DNA from: Thainema sp.
Lineage (GTDB): Bacteria; Cyanobacteriota; Cyanobacteriia; Phormidesmidales; Phormidesmidaceae
Length of the DNA: 47,999 nucleotides
Assembly (NCBI GenBank): GCA_052168235.1
Contig: JBQLZK010000059.1
Location: forward strand, 1-47,999
Reading direction: 5' to 3'
This document shows positions 19,295-28,346 of this stretch, piece after piece. The notes beneath the pieces were generated by a model. That model had not been told where the DNA came from. It saw only the letters and a program-made list of their open reading frames with translations, and did not search any database. Made by a program: the position numbers and the translations under genes. Numbering within the stretch: the first letter of the stretch is position 1; each line of letters starts with the position of its first letter.

Positions 19295-20447
19295 CTAAAG
19301 GATTCAAGATATTTTCAGCAATCCAGACAATAACAGGTACACAAACAGCATCGCCAAATCCTGTCAAAGCTTGATTGGTTTGTAGTGGAAGTGGATAATT
19401 GTCTGGAACACCTTGCAGCCTCGCATATTCACGAGGTGTCATGAGGCGCATTTTTATAGTTCCTTGTCCAACTCGAACAAGCATTTGCCGACTGCTACCA
19501 CCTCTAGCAGTTCTGAGACAACCAGCAAGACCATCTTTTCTCAGTTCTGCCCTTTGCTTACCTTCGCGAACCCGCCTATACATAGGGCAATATGAATATG
19601 TTGATAGCTCCTGTAGTCCTTGTAAGTATTCGAGATTAATGGATGACATCATATTTAGATGACGCTTTACCTCATTGTCAGACCACCAGCGATCATCGTC
19701 ATCTGAAATGTTTTCTATGATGAAGCTCAAGTCAGCTTTTATCTTGTCTGGCAGTGATGGAACATCCAAAAAGTTCCAGCATAGATCAAGATTGGTCATA
19801 ACTGCCTTTTCGAGCGCCTGTGTTTTAAGTGAGGAAGAACGCTTAGAGAAAACGAATATATCCTGATTAGCGTTAGATGCTTGCATTCCGACAACAAATA
19901 CTCTTGGTCTGCTTTGAGGTACAAAATGAGCCGCATCAACAGCAAAAACATCACAAACATACCCTAGCCGATTCAATTCTTGAATTGTGATTCTGAAGTC
20001 TTGCCCGCTATTTGACGTTAGCCATCCGGCTACATTTTCCAGCATTACAATCTTAGGCTTATTTACTTGACCATCAAGGATTTGGGTAAATCCCCAAAAA
20101 GCACTAGAATGCTGTCCATCAATACCTTCTAAATTACCTGCCAAAGATAAATCAATACAAGGAAATGATGCTGTTGCAAGTATCGTGTCAGGAATATCGG
20201 CAGGACAAATGGAAAAAATATCTTGAACCTTATAATGCTTAGTTGCGTCTTGAAAATGGGCTGAGTACATTTCAAACTTGCTATGCGCCCAGTCGTTAGC
20301 AAAGACAACGTTCCAACCTACTTGCTCTAGTCCTAATCTGACTAAACCAATTCCTGCAAAGTACTCCGCACATGTTAGGTGACCATAAAGACTTACAGGC
20401 TCTCTTACGCCCACTAAAGCCTTGTTTTTCATTACAGAAAGAGGCAT
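19254..20447 (-). CDS. DNA (cytosine-5) methyltransferase
   Basis: Motif I FAGIG, IV FPC, VI ENV, VIII QSRPRVF, IX-X REYARLQG..GDAV. Confidence 0.96.
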   Translation of the reverse strand: MPLSVMKNKALVGVREPVSLYGHLTCAEYFAGIGLVRLGLEQVGWNVVFANDWAHSKFEMYSAHFQDATKHYKVQDIFSICPADIPDTILATASFPCIDLSLAGNLEGIDGQHSSAFWGFTQILDGQVNKPKIVMLENVAGWLTSNSGQDFRITIQELNRLGYVCDVFAVDAAHFVPQSRPRVFVVGMQASNANQDIFVFSKRSSSLKTQALEKAVMTNLDLCWNFLDVPSLPDKIKADLSFIIENISDDDDRWWSDNEVKRHLNMMSSINLEYLQGLQELSTYSYCPMYRRVREGKQRAELRKDGLAGCLRTARGGSSRQMLVRVGQGTIKMRLMTPREYARLQGVPDNYPLPLQTNQALTGFGDAVCVPVIVWIAENILNPLAKSFQENSVVLHQ

Positions 20448-20479
20448 AGTGCTTGCGTTACCAACTTTACAAGAGTAAA

Positions 20480-20507
20480 TTCATAGCCATTGCTATGAAA
20501 GCATAGC
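20480..20507. promoter_or_regulatory. Putative controller-protein operator between the divergent M and C genes
   Basis: Overlapping IRs TTCATAGC-CATT-GCTATGAA and GCTATG-AAAG-CATAGC. Confidence 0.6.
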
Positions 20508-20537
20508 GTCATCCTTACTGCTGAGTCAACTAAATTT

Positions 20538-20753
20538 ATGAGGCGATTTGGGGAAAAGCTATACCAATTAAGGATGCGGCAGGGCTTGACATTGACAGAA
20601 CTAGGTGACTTGCTAAGTGTTCACAATACATTTGTATCGCAAATGGAGAAGGGGAGGAAGGTTCCTAACGCTGAAATGATTCTTAGAGTGGCAGATGCTT
20701 TTGGCGTGACTACTGATCAACTAATGCGTGATGAGTTGGACTTGCCGGAATAA
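20538..20753 (+). CDS. XRE-family HTH protein, probable R-M controller (C protein)
   Basis: FGEKLYQLR..GLTLTELG..VSQMEKGRKVP..VADAFGVTTDQL; 71 aa; divergent from the methyltransferase. Confidence 0.88.
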   Translation: MRRFGEKLYQLRMRQGLTLTELGDLLSVHNTFVSQMEKGRKVPNAEMILRVADAFGVTTDQLMRDELDLPE

Positions 20754-21003
20754 CATTGCTGAAATGCTGTAGCTGGCTTCATGATTCAATCAAACCCGTT
20801 TGAATAACCATAAAATTTCAAAAAGCGGAGGTGCGGCGCTTTGTTTGGCTTCTTTAGCCTGATTTGCTCTGAAAATGCAATTTGATGTTTTGAGGTGGTG
20901 TGTGGTTGCAGTTTTAGCAACCATAACCATTTAGCAACCGTTGCTGTTTACTGTAGCAATAGGTTCAAGTTGTATTCTCTGACAATCGGTTGTTAAAGGA
21001 TGT

Positions 21004-21924
21004 GTGGTGATGCAGGTTCAACGACTCATATATGGGGCAATTGGGTTATCGGTTGCGATCGCAAGCAGTAGTCTTATCCCTTTCACGCCCTTGTCCTCAT
21101 CTTCCGCCAGCGGACGCCCAGCGATCGCGGCCTCCCAGCCAACCGTCATGTTTGAGCGCATAGGATTACCTCGTTCCGTTGCAAATACTGGAAAACGGAG
21201 CGTTCAGCGAGACGATCAAAACCGCATTGATAACATTCGCACCGTTGCATTTCCCATGCAAGATGTGTCCGAAGAGATGCGATCGCACATTGACATGGAT
21301 AGCCTCTCTAATGCGCTGACCAATGCGGTTATACAGGATGCTCAGGAACGGTTCAACAGCCCTGAACTGCCGCCTGAGATAGCTTCAGATACACCAGCCG
21401 ATATTAGTGTCCAGGTTGAATCGATTGAACCTGTCACCTGGAACGAATGTAGCAGTGGTTCTGGCCCCTCCCGCCCGATGCGTGGCATTTGTCCTGATAT
21501 TGATGTATTTGGGTGGCGAGTAGTTGTTGCGGGAGGAGAGCGTTCCGAGCCACTCCGCCTGGTTTACTACATCCCGCAGGGAGCTGAAGTTGGTTCCTGG
21601 ACACCCCAGCCTGACGGGTTGCAAAGTCTATCAGAAGCCATACAACGGAGAATTCTTGCCCAAGCCGCAGAGGATGCTGGAATGCCCATCTCCAGTTTGC
21701 GCCTGTTCTGGGCCGAGGCTCGCTTCTTTGATCACCGTTTGAATACTTGTGAAGGTGCCTCCAGCTGTGGCATTGGTATTCGTCCAGGGTGGACGGTGCA
21801 AATCCTGGGCGATCAGATAATCTCCGGTACACCGATACAGCAACCCCTGTGGGTCTACCACACCAATATTACGGGCACTGATCTTCGTCTAGTTAGCCAG
21901 GGCCAGTGGATGCCACTTCCATGA
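21004..21924 (+). CDS. Hypothetical exported protein with two related Cys-containing domains
   Basis: Signal-like N-terminus; repeated units W..C...C....GWRVVV and C....C.....GWTVQI...WVYHTN. Confidence 0.7.
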   Translation: MVMQVQRLIYGAIGLSVAIASSSLIPFTPLSSSSASGRPAIAASQPTVMFERIGLPRSVANTGKRSVQRDDQNRIDNIRTVAFPMQDVSEEMRSHIDMDSLSNALTNAVIQDAQERFNSPELPPEIASDTPADISVQVESIEPVTWNECSSGSGPSRPMRGICPDIDVFGWRVVVAGGERSEPLRLVYYIPQGAEVGSWTPQPDGLQSLSEAIQRRILAQAAEDAGMPISSLRLFWAEARFFDHRLNTCEGASSCGIGIRPGWTVQILGDQIISGTPIQQPLWVYHTNITGTDLRLVSQGQWMPLP

Positions 21925-21951
21925 TAGTGCCAACCATAGGAGGTGGAAGCA

Positions 21952-22086
21952 ATGCTAGGGATTACGCTGCAACGAATCCAAGTTTATCAAGAGGCTAAAG
22001 AGGAAAGGCGAGAAAACGAAGCGCGATCGCAGATTTTCCAGAGTGTGAAAAGCGCGATCGCACTTTACGTACTGGAGAATATATAG
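21952..22086 (+). pseudogene. C-terminal remnant / small ORF of an Rpn family (DUF2887-like) protein
   Basis: EVEA-MLGITLQRIQVYQEAKEERRENEARS, with a GGAGG RBS upstream of ATG 21952; 44-aa ORF below the ORF-track cutoff. Confidence 0.6.
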
Positions 22087-22165
22087 ATTTTCGTAAATCT
22101 GGCAGAGCCCACAAGCATTAGCCCCGATAATGCTGAAATATCGATTCCAGAGTCAGGCTTTATCC

Positions 22166-23434
22166 ATGACGGCGACCCAAGCATCTGTAGGAACTTCAAA
22201 TCAGCAATCCCGCACCCATCAAATCGTGATCGTTGGCGGCGGCTCAGCCGGAATTACAGTGGCGGCTCAGTTGCTCAAGCAGCAGCGATCGCTGGATGTT
22301 TGCATCATCGAGCCGTCTGATCAGCACTACTACCAGCCCGGATGGACGCTGGTCGGTGGCGGCTGTATGACGTTTGAGGAAACCGTACGGCTGGAACAGG
22401 CGCAAATTCCAGAAGGAGCCGCTTGGCTACAGGATGCCGTCGTGCAGTTTGATCCAGACAACAACAGCTTGCTGACGCAGAATGGTACGCGGGTCAACTA
22501 CGGCTACTTGGTGGTTTGTCCAGGCATTCAGCTCGATTGGGATCGGGTTGCAGGACTCAAAGATGCCCTGGGGAAAGGCGGCGTGTGCAGCAACTACGCG
22601 ATTGAAGGCGCAACCTACACCTGGGAGACGATTCAGAACTTTAAGGGCGGCAATGCGCTGTTTACCTATCCGGCAACCCCAATTAAGTGCGCTGGCGCAC
22701 CGCAAAAGATTATGTACTTGGCCGACGATACTTTTCGGCGTAACGGGGTGCGGCAGAATACGCAGATTAGCTACTGCACCGCCACGGGCAAGATTTTTGG
22801 GGTGGCGGCGTTTGTGCCGGCTCTGATGGAAGTCGTGCAGCGTAAGGACATTCAGCTCAAGACGAGTCACAACCTGACAGCGATTCGTCCCGATGACAAA
22901 ATTGCCGTATTTGAGGTGACGGGCGAAGGCGGGACAGAGCAAGTTGAATTGTCCTACGACATGATTCACGTGACGCCACCGATGAGTGCGCCGGATTTCA
23001 TTAAGCACAGTCCGCTGGCGAATGAGCAGGGCTGGGTGGATGTAGACAAGTACACCACGCAGCATGTGCGCTATCCAAATGTATTTAGCCTGGGCGATGC
23101 GTCGTCACTACCCACGTCTAAGACCGCAGCGGCGATTCGGCGCGAAGCTCCAGTGGTTGTGCAAAATCTGCTGGCTCACGCGGCCCAAACGGAATTAACC
23201 GGACGATACAACGGCTATAGCTGCTGTCCGCTGATCACGGGCTATGGCAAAACGATCCTGGCCGAGTTTGATTACGAGGGCAATCCCTATCCCAGTTTTC
23301 CACTCGATCCAACCCAAGAGCGATCCAGCATGTGGATGCTGAAGCGCTATGTGCTGCCTTGGGTCTATTGGAATCGCATGCTCACCGGGGGAGAGCACGA
23401 AGGAAATTTTATCCGTCGGTTATTTGCGTCGTAA
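22166..23434 (+). CDS. sqr: Sulfide:quinone oxidoreductase (type II-like)
   Basis: IVIVGGGSAG FAD motif, HYYQPGWTLVGGG, IKCAGAPQK, KTAAA, YNGYSCCPL..AEFDY. Confidence 0.88.
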   Translation: MTATQASVGTSNQQSRTHQIVIVGGGSAGITVAAQLLKQQRSLDVCIIEPSDQHYYQPGWTLVGGGCMTFEETVRLEQAQIPEGAAWLQDAVVQFDPDNNSLLTQNGTRVNYGYLVVCPGIQLDWDRVAGLKDALGKGGVCSNYAIEGATYTWETIQNFKGGNALFTYPATPIKCAGAPQKIMYLADDTFRRNGVRQNTQISYCTATGKIFGVAAFVPALMEVVQRKDIQLKTSHNLTAIRPDDKIAVFEVTGEGGTEQVELSYDMIHVTPPMSAPDFIKHSPLANEQGWVDVDKYTTQHVRYPNVFSLGDASSLPTSKTAAAIRREAPVVVQNLLAHAAQTELTGRYNGYSCCPLITGYGKTILAEFDYEGNPYPSFPLDPTQERSSMWMLKRYVLPWVYWNRMLTGGEHEGNFIRRLFAS

Positions 23435-23469
23435 GTCCATATCAATAGCGCTAATTCCGAGAACCGCTA

Positions 23470-24201
23470 TTACGCCAGCGCCTGATAGTTCTTCACGCGC
23501 TTTTCGGTTTCAACGCCCAAAATTTTGGCTAACCACGGCGGTGGTGAAGTTGCGATCGCGTGCTGCAAGTTAGTCAGGATATTTCTTGCGTCGCCCCCTT
23601 CCTCGACTTTCATCGGGTAGATATTGGCCTGCACCACCTTGGCTGCCGCTGGGCCACCAATGGAAACAACGTAGAGCACCGGACAATCGCGAATTAAATC
23701 GAGGCGAAACTGATTTTTGCTGTCGCTCAAATCAGCTTCCAGGGCTGAACGAACATCAATCAACCGAATTTCATCAACAGACAGTTGATAAATCAAAAAG
23801 CGATGGCACGAGCCAAAGTGTCCGTCCAGTTGCTCCGCCGTATTGGAGGCCACTGCCACCCGAATCGAGTTAGGCATGTCGCCATCTTGATAGGGAACAA
23901 TCGGTAGCGTTTGCTCGCACGGTTCAATGTCGCCCCAGAGAATGCGTACGGCGTCTTTGAAGGCGGCAATATCTTGGTTATCTGCGTCTTCGCCTTCCCA
24001 TTCGCCATCGACTTCGTAAATATTGCCAAAGGAGCGCTTGAGCTGAGTGACGGTCAGCTTGCTCAGCGACTCTTCGGTGATCTCGTCATTCAGAGTTGAC
24101 TGTAGCGCTTCAATTAAATCTCGGACTGAGATATCCGGCAGCGCTCTAGCCGCTAAACCAATTCTCAATGCGACTTCATCGGTGATGGGTTGACTAACCA
24201 T
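23470..24201 (-). CDS. Dinitrogenase FeMo-cofactor biosynthesis protein, NafY/NifY family
   Basis: VALRIGLAARALP N-domain plus NifX-like domain (IRVAVASN..LDGHFGSC..FLIYQ..SIGGPAAAKVV..PPWLAK); GGAG RBS before ATG 24201. Confidence 0.88.
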   Translation of the reverse strand: MVSQPITDEVALRIGLAARALPDISVRDLIEALQSTLNDEITEESLSKLTVTQLKRSFGNIYEVDGEWEGEDADNQDIAAFKDAVRILWGDIEPCEQTLPIVPYQDGDMPNSIRVAVASNTAEQLDGHFGSCHRFLIYQLSVDEIRLIDVRSALEADLSDSKNQFRLDLIRDCPVLYVVSIGGPAAAKVVQANIYPMKVEEGGDARNILTNLQHAIATSPPPWLAKILGVETEKRVKNYQALA

Positions 24202-24662
24202 GATTGACTCCTGCATGATTGGCTGCGATCTCAGATGCATCTGTTTTGGCCTAAACTGGCGCAATAGTTGAGCAAATAGACAGCCAAGCTGGCTGACCAA
24301 AGTTGGTTAAATTTACGCTAAAACTTATGATGCGTAGAAGAATCGCAGCGGCTGAAGATGTGACCTGCGATCGCAATTCTTTTACTTGTGCTTTTATTTG
24401 TGTCTGATTCACGCACTCTCTCTGTTTATTCAACCTAAATCTGTAGCGGATATTCTGTATCCAGTGCTGCTAAATGCTGTGGCTGAGTAAATTTTTAAGG
24501 ACACTGGTTAATGACACTCGAACCAACATTGGAACGAGCATTTCATCAGCGCCCCGCTTCCGGATGGGGCTGATTCCAGCAGTGCTGCTTGTCAGAGTGA
24601 TGCGATCGCACAGTTGGCAGTCGCTTGAACAGTCCTGCTGCCAGTGCGATCGCGCTGAGATA

Positions 24663-24751
24663 TAGCGGTTCTAGATAAGAACGAGAGAGGAGAGTGCCTC
24701 AGGATGCGGCACTCTCCTCTCTCGTTTTCTCACTCTTAACTGAAATCGCTA
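24663..24751. mobile_element. TA-bounded MITE-like hairpin element
   Basis: TAGCGGTTCTAGATAAGA / TCTTAACTGAAATCGCTA imperfect TIR with a long internal hairpin. Confidence 0.55.
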
Positions 24752-24839
24752 GACTTTATTTCCAATAAAGTTTTTGGGGTTGGAAATTGTTTTGTAGCGC
24801 GGCGGAGCCGCGCTACAAAACAATTTCCGATAAAGTCTA
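24750..24839. mobile_element. 90-bp MITE family A, copy 1 (TAGACTTTAT...ATAAAGTCTA)
   Basis: TIR plus internal GGAAATTGTTTTGTAG hairpin; further copies at 32216 and 45204. Confidence 0.85.
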
Positions 24840-24927
24840 CTATATAAAAAAGAAGGGGGAAGACGTTTGACACCTTCCCCCTTCTTATTCGTATTGAGCC
24901 CCTTGTACTTGTATCGTTATGCGACTG

Positions 24928-25881
24928 CTAAACCAGCGCCAGATTCGGATACTGAGCCATTAGATCATCAGAGGTGAGGGTATCGCCCTCTCCCTGAGGC
25001 GACCAGAGGACTTCCAATGCCAGGAGCCGATCGCTGGAGACAGAGCCGATTTGGCTAATAGCCCGACGTAAATCTTGCGAGTTGGTTACTTTGGGCAAGC
25101 TAAGATCACCTTCAACACCAACCACCACCGTGGCAACGATATATTCTCCGGGAGCTTGCTTAGCCAATTCGCCGCCTTCACCCGGTAGTGCAGCCTTGGT
25201 TTCAGCTTGCTTCAACTGGTTGTTGACATTTGAGATGGCCTCTTCGCTGAACTTACTGCGCTCCGCTAGAACCATTTGATTAAACTTGGCTTCAGCCGAT
25301 TCCAACCGAGCTTGTTCAGAATCCGTCGCTGCATACATCCAGTAGTCGGGATGACGCAGAAGCGATAGCGTGGTTTCTTGCAGTACCTGGGCCAAACCTT
25401 CAGAAGAGGAAGTATCGGCAGACATTGCAATGCGCTCTAGATCGGACTGTAGGCCACGAGCTTCGGAGAGTAAGCCAACCTGTAGCTTAGCAACGGAGAT
25501 TTTGGGATTTGTGGCTGTGCCGCCATATCCACTGTCGTAGCCATCGCCGCTAGTGAACTGACGGAAGGCGCGAATCAGGAAACTTGCGATCGCAAACATG
25601 ATCAGCAGGCTAAACAGTCCGCCACCGCCAAAGCCAAAGAGAGGGAAAATAAATGGAAAGCCAAACCCACCACCGGGATAGCCGTAGCCCCCGCCCGCAG
25701 GTGGACGATAGGTGCGGCTCGGCGCAGAGCGAGAAGGTGCACGGAAGCTGCCGCCACCGACTCGGCCACCACGGGCAGCCAGAGCACTATCGGCTGTGCT
25801 GAAAAAGAGTACCGCAACCAAACCCAATGCTACGAGGGGTTTGAGTAACGGTTTGATGAATGAAAAAATCTTTTTAACCAT
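24928..25881 (-). CDS. DUF1517 family membrane protein (FLAP1-like)
   Basis: ARGGRVGGGSF, Gly-rich segment, KLQVGLL..LQETTLSLLRHPDYW..ERSKFSEE..EVLWSPQ. Confidence 0.92.
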   Translation of the reverse strand: MVKKIFSFIKPLLKPLVALGLVAVLFFSTADSALAARGGRVGGGSFRAPSRSAPSRTYRPPAGGGYGYPGGGFGFPFIFPLFGFGGGGLFSLLIMFAIASFLIRAFRQFTSGDGYDSGYGGTATNPKISVAKLQVGLLSEARGLQSDLERIAMSADTSSSEGLAQVLQETTLSLLRHPDYWMYAATDSEQARLESAEAKFNQMVLAERSKFSEEAISNVNNQLKQAETKAALPGEGGELAKQAPGEYIVATVVVGVEGDLSLPKVTNSQDLRRAISQIGSVSSDRLLALEVLWSPQGEGDTLTSDDLMAQYPNLALV

Positions 25882-26114
25882 AGGAAATTGCCGACCGAGG
25901 CTTAAATGAACGTTACATTCAGGGCTTATTTATAATGTACCGCGTTCAATTTCGACCTATGTGCGGCTTTGCAAGATTTTAAGGGTAGGAAACCGTACAA
26001 GCGTAAAGATAAACCGCACGATATCGGTGTGATGCAGGTGCGATCGCGCTTTTATCGTGTAGAAAGCAGCTTTCGGTTGGATATATGACATAAGCTTTTG
26101 AGCCAAGTCTAGTG

Positions 26115-27002
26115 CTACTCCAAAAAGCGGGTGACTGTGGCGCTGTATTCTTGATAGGGTTTGACTCCTGTCAGTGTTTCAATTAGTTCACCGTTTTTGA
26201 AAAACATAACCGCTGGCATGCCTTTCAGCCCAAATCGCTTCGGGATCTGCTGATTGGCATCGAAGTCGATCTTCATCACTTTGACCTGATTGCGGTAAGC
26301 ATCTGCCAGTTGATCAATGAGCGGTGTAACCAGTTTGCAAGAGCCGCACCAGGATGCCATGCAATCGACAACCAGCATGGATTCTCTGGCCAGCAGGGAA
26401 TCGAATTCGGCTTCATCTTTAATCAGTTGAGCCGCACCCGTTTCTTCGTAGCCGAGCCGGAACAGATCACTGGCGACTTCGGCAAAGGGTCGCGTGCCGT
26501 TGATGGTTGTCAGTTGCGATCGCTGTTGATAATACTCCAGTAGCGGTTTCAGTTCTTCCTCGTAACGGACTAAACGTCGGCGAATCTTAGGAACGGATTC
26601 ATCTGGCCTCTCAGTCCAGAGCCGATTAATCAACAGCCCTGACATCGCCTGCAGGTAAATCACAGTTGGGTTGGGCAGCCCCACCTTTGTCAACAGCTCG
26701 TCAAATGCCTGCGCCTGAGTGAGCGTACGCGGAAACCCATCCAGAACCCAGCCGTTTAACATGACATCGGGCTGCTCAAATCGTCTCCGGAGCAGCTTCA
26801 TCACTAACGCATCCGGCACAAGCTCTTCTGCTTCTACAGATGGGGATGCTTCGAGGCCAATCTCAGTTTGTTTAGCAATCGCCTCACGAACAAGCTCTCC
26901 CATTGAAACGTGGGGCAGATGCCAACGTTCAGCCAGTTCAGTTGCCTGGGCTTTAACATCAACACCCGGAAGCCCCAATAAAAGGAACTGCTTAAATTTC
27001 AT
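26115..27002 (-). CDS. Adenylate kinase-like / thioredoxin fusion protein
   Basis: HVSMGELVR..LVPD..GWVLDGFPRT.QA kinase fold with altered P-loop; C-terminal WCGSC thioredoxin domain with MP cis-Pro motif. Confidence 0.88.
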   Translation of the reverse strand: MKFKQFLLLGLPGVDVKAQATELAERWHLPHVSMGELVREAIAKQTEIGLEASPSVEAEELVPDALVMKLLRRRFEQPDVMLNGWVLDGFPRTLTQAQAFDELLTKVGLPNPTVIYLQAMSGLLINRLWTERPDESVPKIRRRLVRYEEELKPLLEYYQQRSQLTTINGTRPFAEVASDLFRLGYEETGAAQLIKDEAEFDSLLARESMLVVDCMASWCGSCKLVTPLIDQLADAYRNQVKVMKIDFDANQQIPKRFGLKGMPAVMFFKNGELIETLTGVKPYQEYSATVTRFLE

Positions 27003-27314
27003 GGACTAGACCCTTATATAGCTCTGCTCAATTGCGTAACAAGGATGCGGAGATATCCTGCATTCAGCAAACGGACGGGTTGTGTCTCTGTATCTACAGT
27101 TAAGCAGTATGTTTCACAGATTCGTGAAGCGGCGATTTTTGTGCATATTCTTTTAGATTTGGCTGGTACAGGGGTGTTGGGGATTTAGATTTAGAACCCG
27201 TGTATCCGAGATCGAGGAAAATTGAAGAAGCTGTTTGTAGCCCGATTGCACTTGTGCCCTCGAACTGGCATATAGAATTGGCAATTTGCGATCGCACCTT
27301 GCTATCACCATGCT

Positions 27315-28346
27315 ATGGTCAACATCTTTAACAATCCCAGCATCGTCGCCAAAGGTTGGTATATTGCCTGTCCCAGCCGAGATTTAGCCGTTGGTCAGGC
27401 TCAATCCCTCAATCTCTGCGGTCAGCGGATTGTGCTGTTTCGCGGTCATGATCAGCAGGTACGTGCTTTAGATGCCCACTGTCCCCACATGGGAACGGAT
27501 TTGGGTATTGGTCAAGTGGATGGCAACACCATTCGCTGCTTTTTTCATCACTGGGCGTTTGATGGTCAGGGCAACTGTTGCGATATTCCCTGTCAGTCGG
27601 AAATCCCTGCTCAGGCTCATATCCGGAGTTACGCCACCAGTGAGAAGTATGGGTTTATTTGGGTTTATCCAGATGCGATCGCACCTGAACCATTAGCCGA
27701 GTTTGATGAGCTAAAGGGGCAAACTATCGTCGCGATTCCCGATCAACCCCTGGAGCGCAACTGTCACCACCACATCTGCATGATGAATGGCATTGATGCC
27801 CAGCATTTGCAGACGGTTCACAAGCTGAATATCGAAATGCAGTTGGATCTGGTGTCCAGCTCATCCGGTACGCTGCTGGACTTTACCCTCAGCGGCCAGT
27901 TTCCCCACACCACCCGCCGCGAAAAGATTGCCCATGCTATTCTCGGTTCGCGCTATAGCTACACCATGCGCTATGCCAATGGCTGTTTGGGCTTGCTGAC
28001 GATCATGAAAGGCGTCAAGCGGATTCCGCCGCTGCACATGATTTACGCCTACGTGCCGCTGGCCAATGGCCGCACCCGCATCCAGCCGATCTACGTCGCG
28101 GCTCAGCGTCCAGGTTGGTTCGGCAAGCTGAAAACTCGCTTTCTGCTGTGGCTAACGCGGATGGCCTACTATTTTCTGCGCGATGAAGATGGCCTAATCT
28201 ACGACCATATTGATTTTGCTCCCCGCACGTTGCTGCAAATCGACCAACCGATTGTTGAATACATGCGCTATGTCAATCAGCTTGAACCGTCGATCTGGTC
28301 TACTGAGTCCCAATATCCAACGGAGGGCAAATTGTCGTCCGGGTGA
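27315..28346 (+). CDS. Rieske non-heme iron oxygenase alpha subunit
   Basis: CPHMG...CFFHHW Rieske motif; NGIDAQHLQTVH iron motif; EDG. Confidence 0.92.
   Translation: MVNIFNNPSIVAKGWYIACPSRDLAVGQAQSLNLCGQRIVLFRGHDQQVRALDAHCPHMGTDLGIGQVDGNTIRCFFHHWAFDGQGNCCDIPCQSEIPAQAHIRSYATSEKYGFIWVYPDAIAPEPLAEFDELKGQTIVAIPDQPLERNCHHHICMMNGIDAQHLQTVHKLNIEMQLDLVSSSSGTLLDFTLSGQFPHTTRREKIAHAILGSRYSYTMRYANGCLGLLTIMKGVKRIPPLHMIYAYVPLANGRTRIQPIYVAAQRPGWFGKLKTRFLLWLTRMAYYFLRDEDGLIYDHIDFAPRTLLQIDQPIVEYMRYVNQLEPSIWSTESQYPTEGKLSSG

Noticed and set aside
18556..20954. 9-bp direct repeat GTTTACTGT at 18556 and 20946 as an island target-site duplication
   Set aside because: A 9-mer match between two AT-rich stretches of a few hundred bases is quite plausible by chance, and nothing else supports it.
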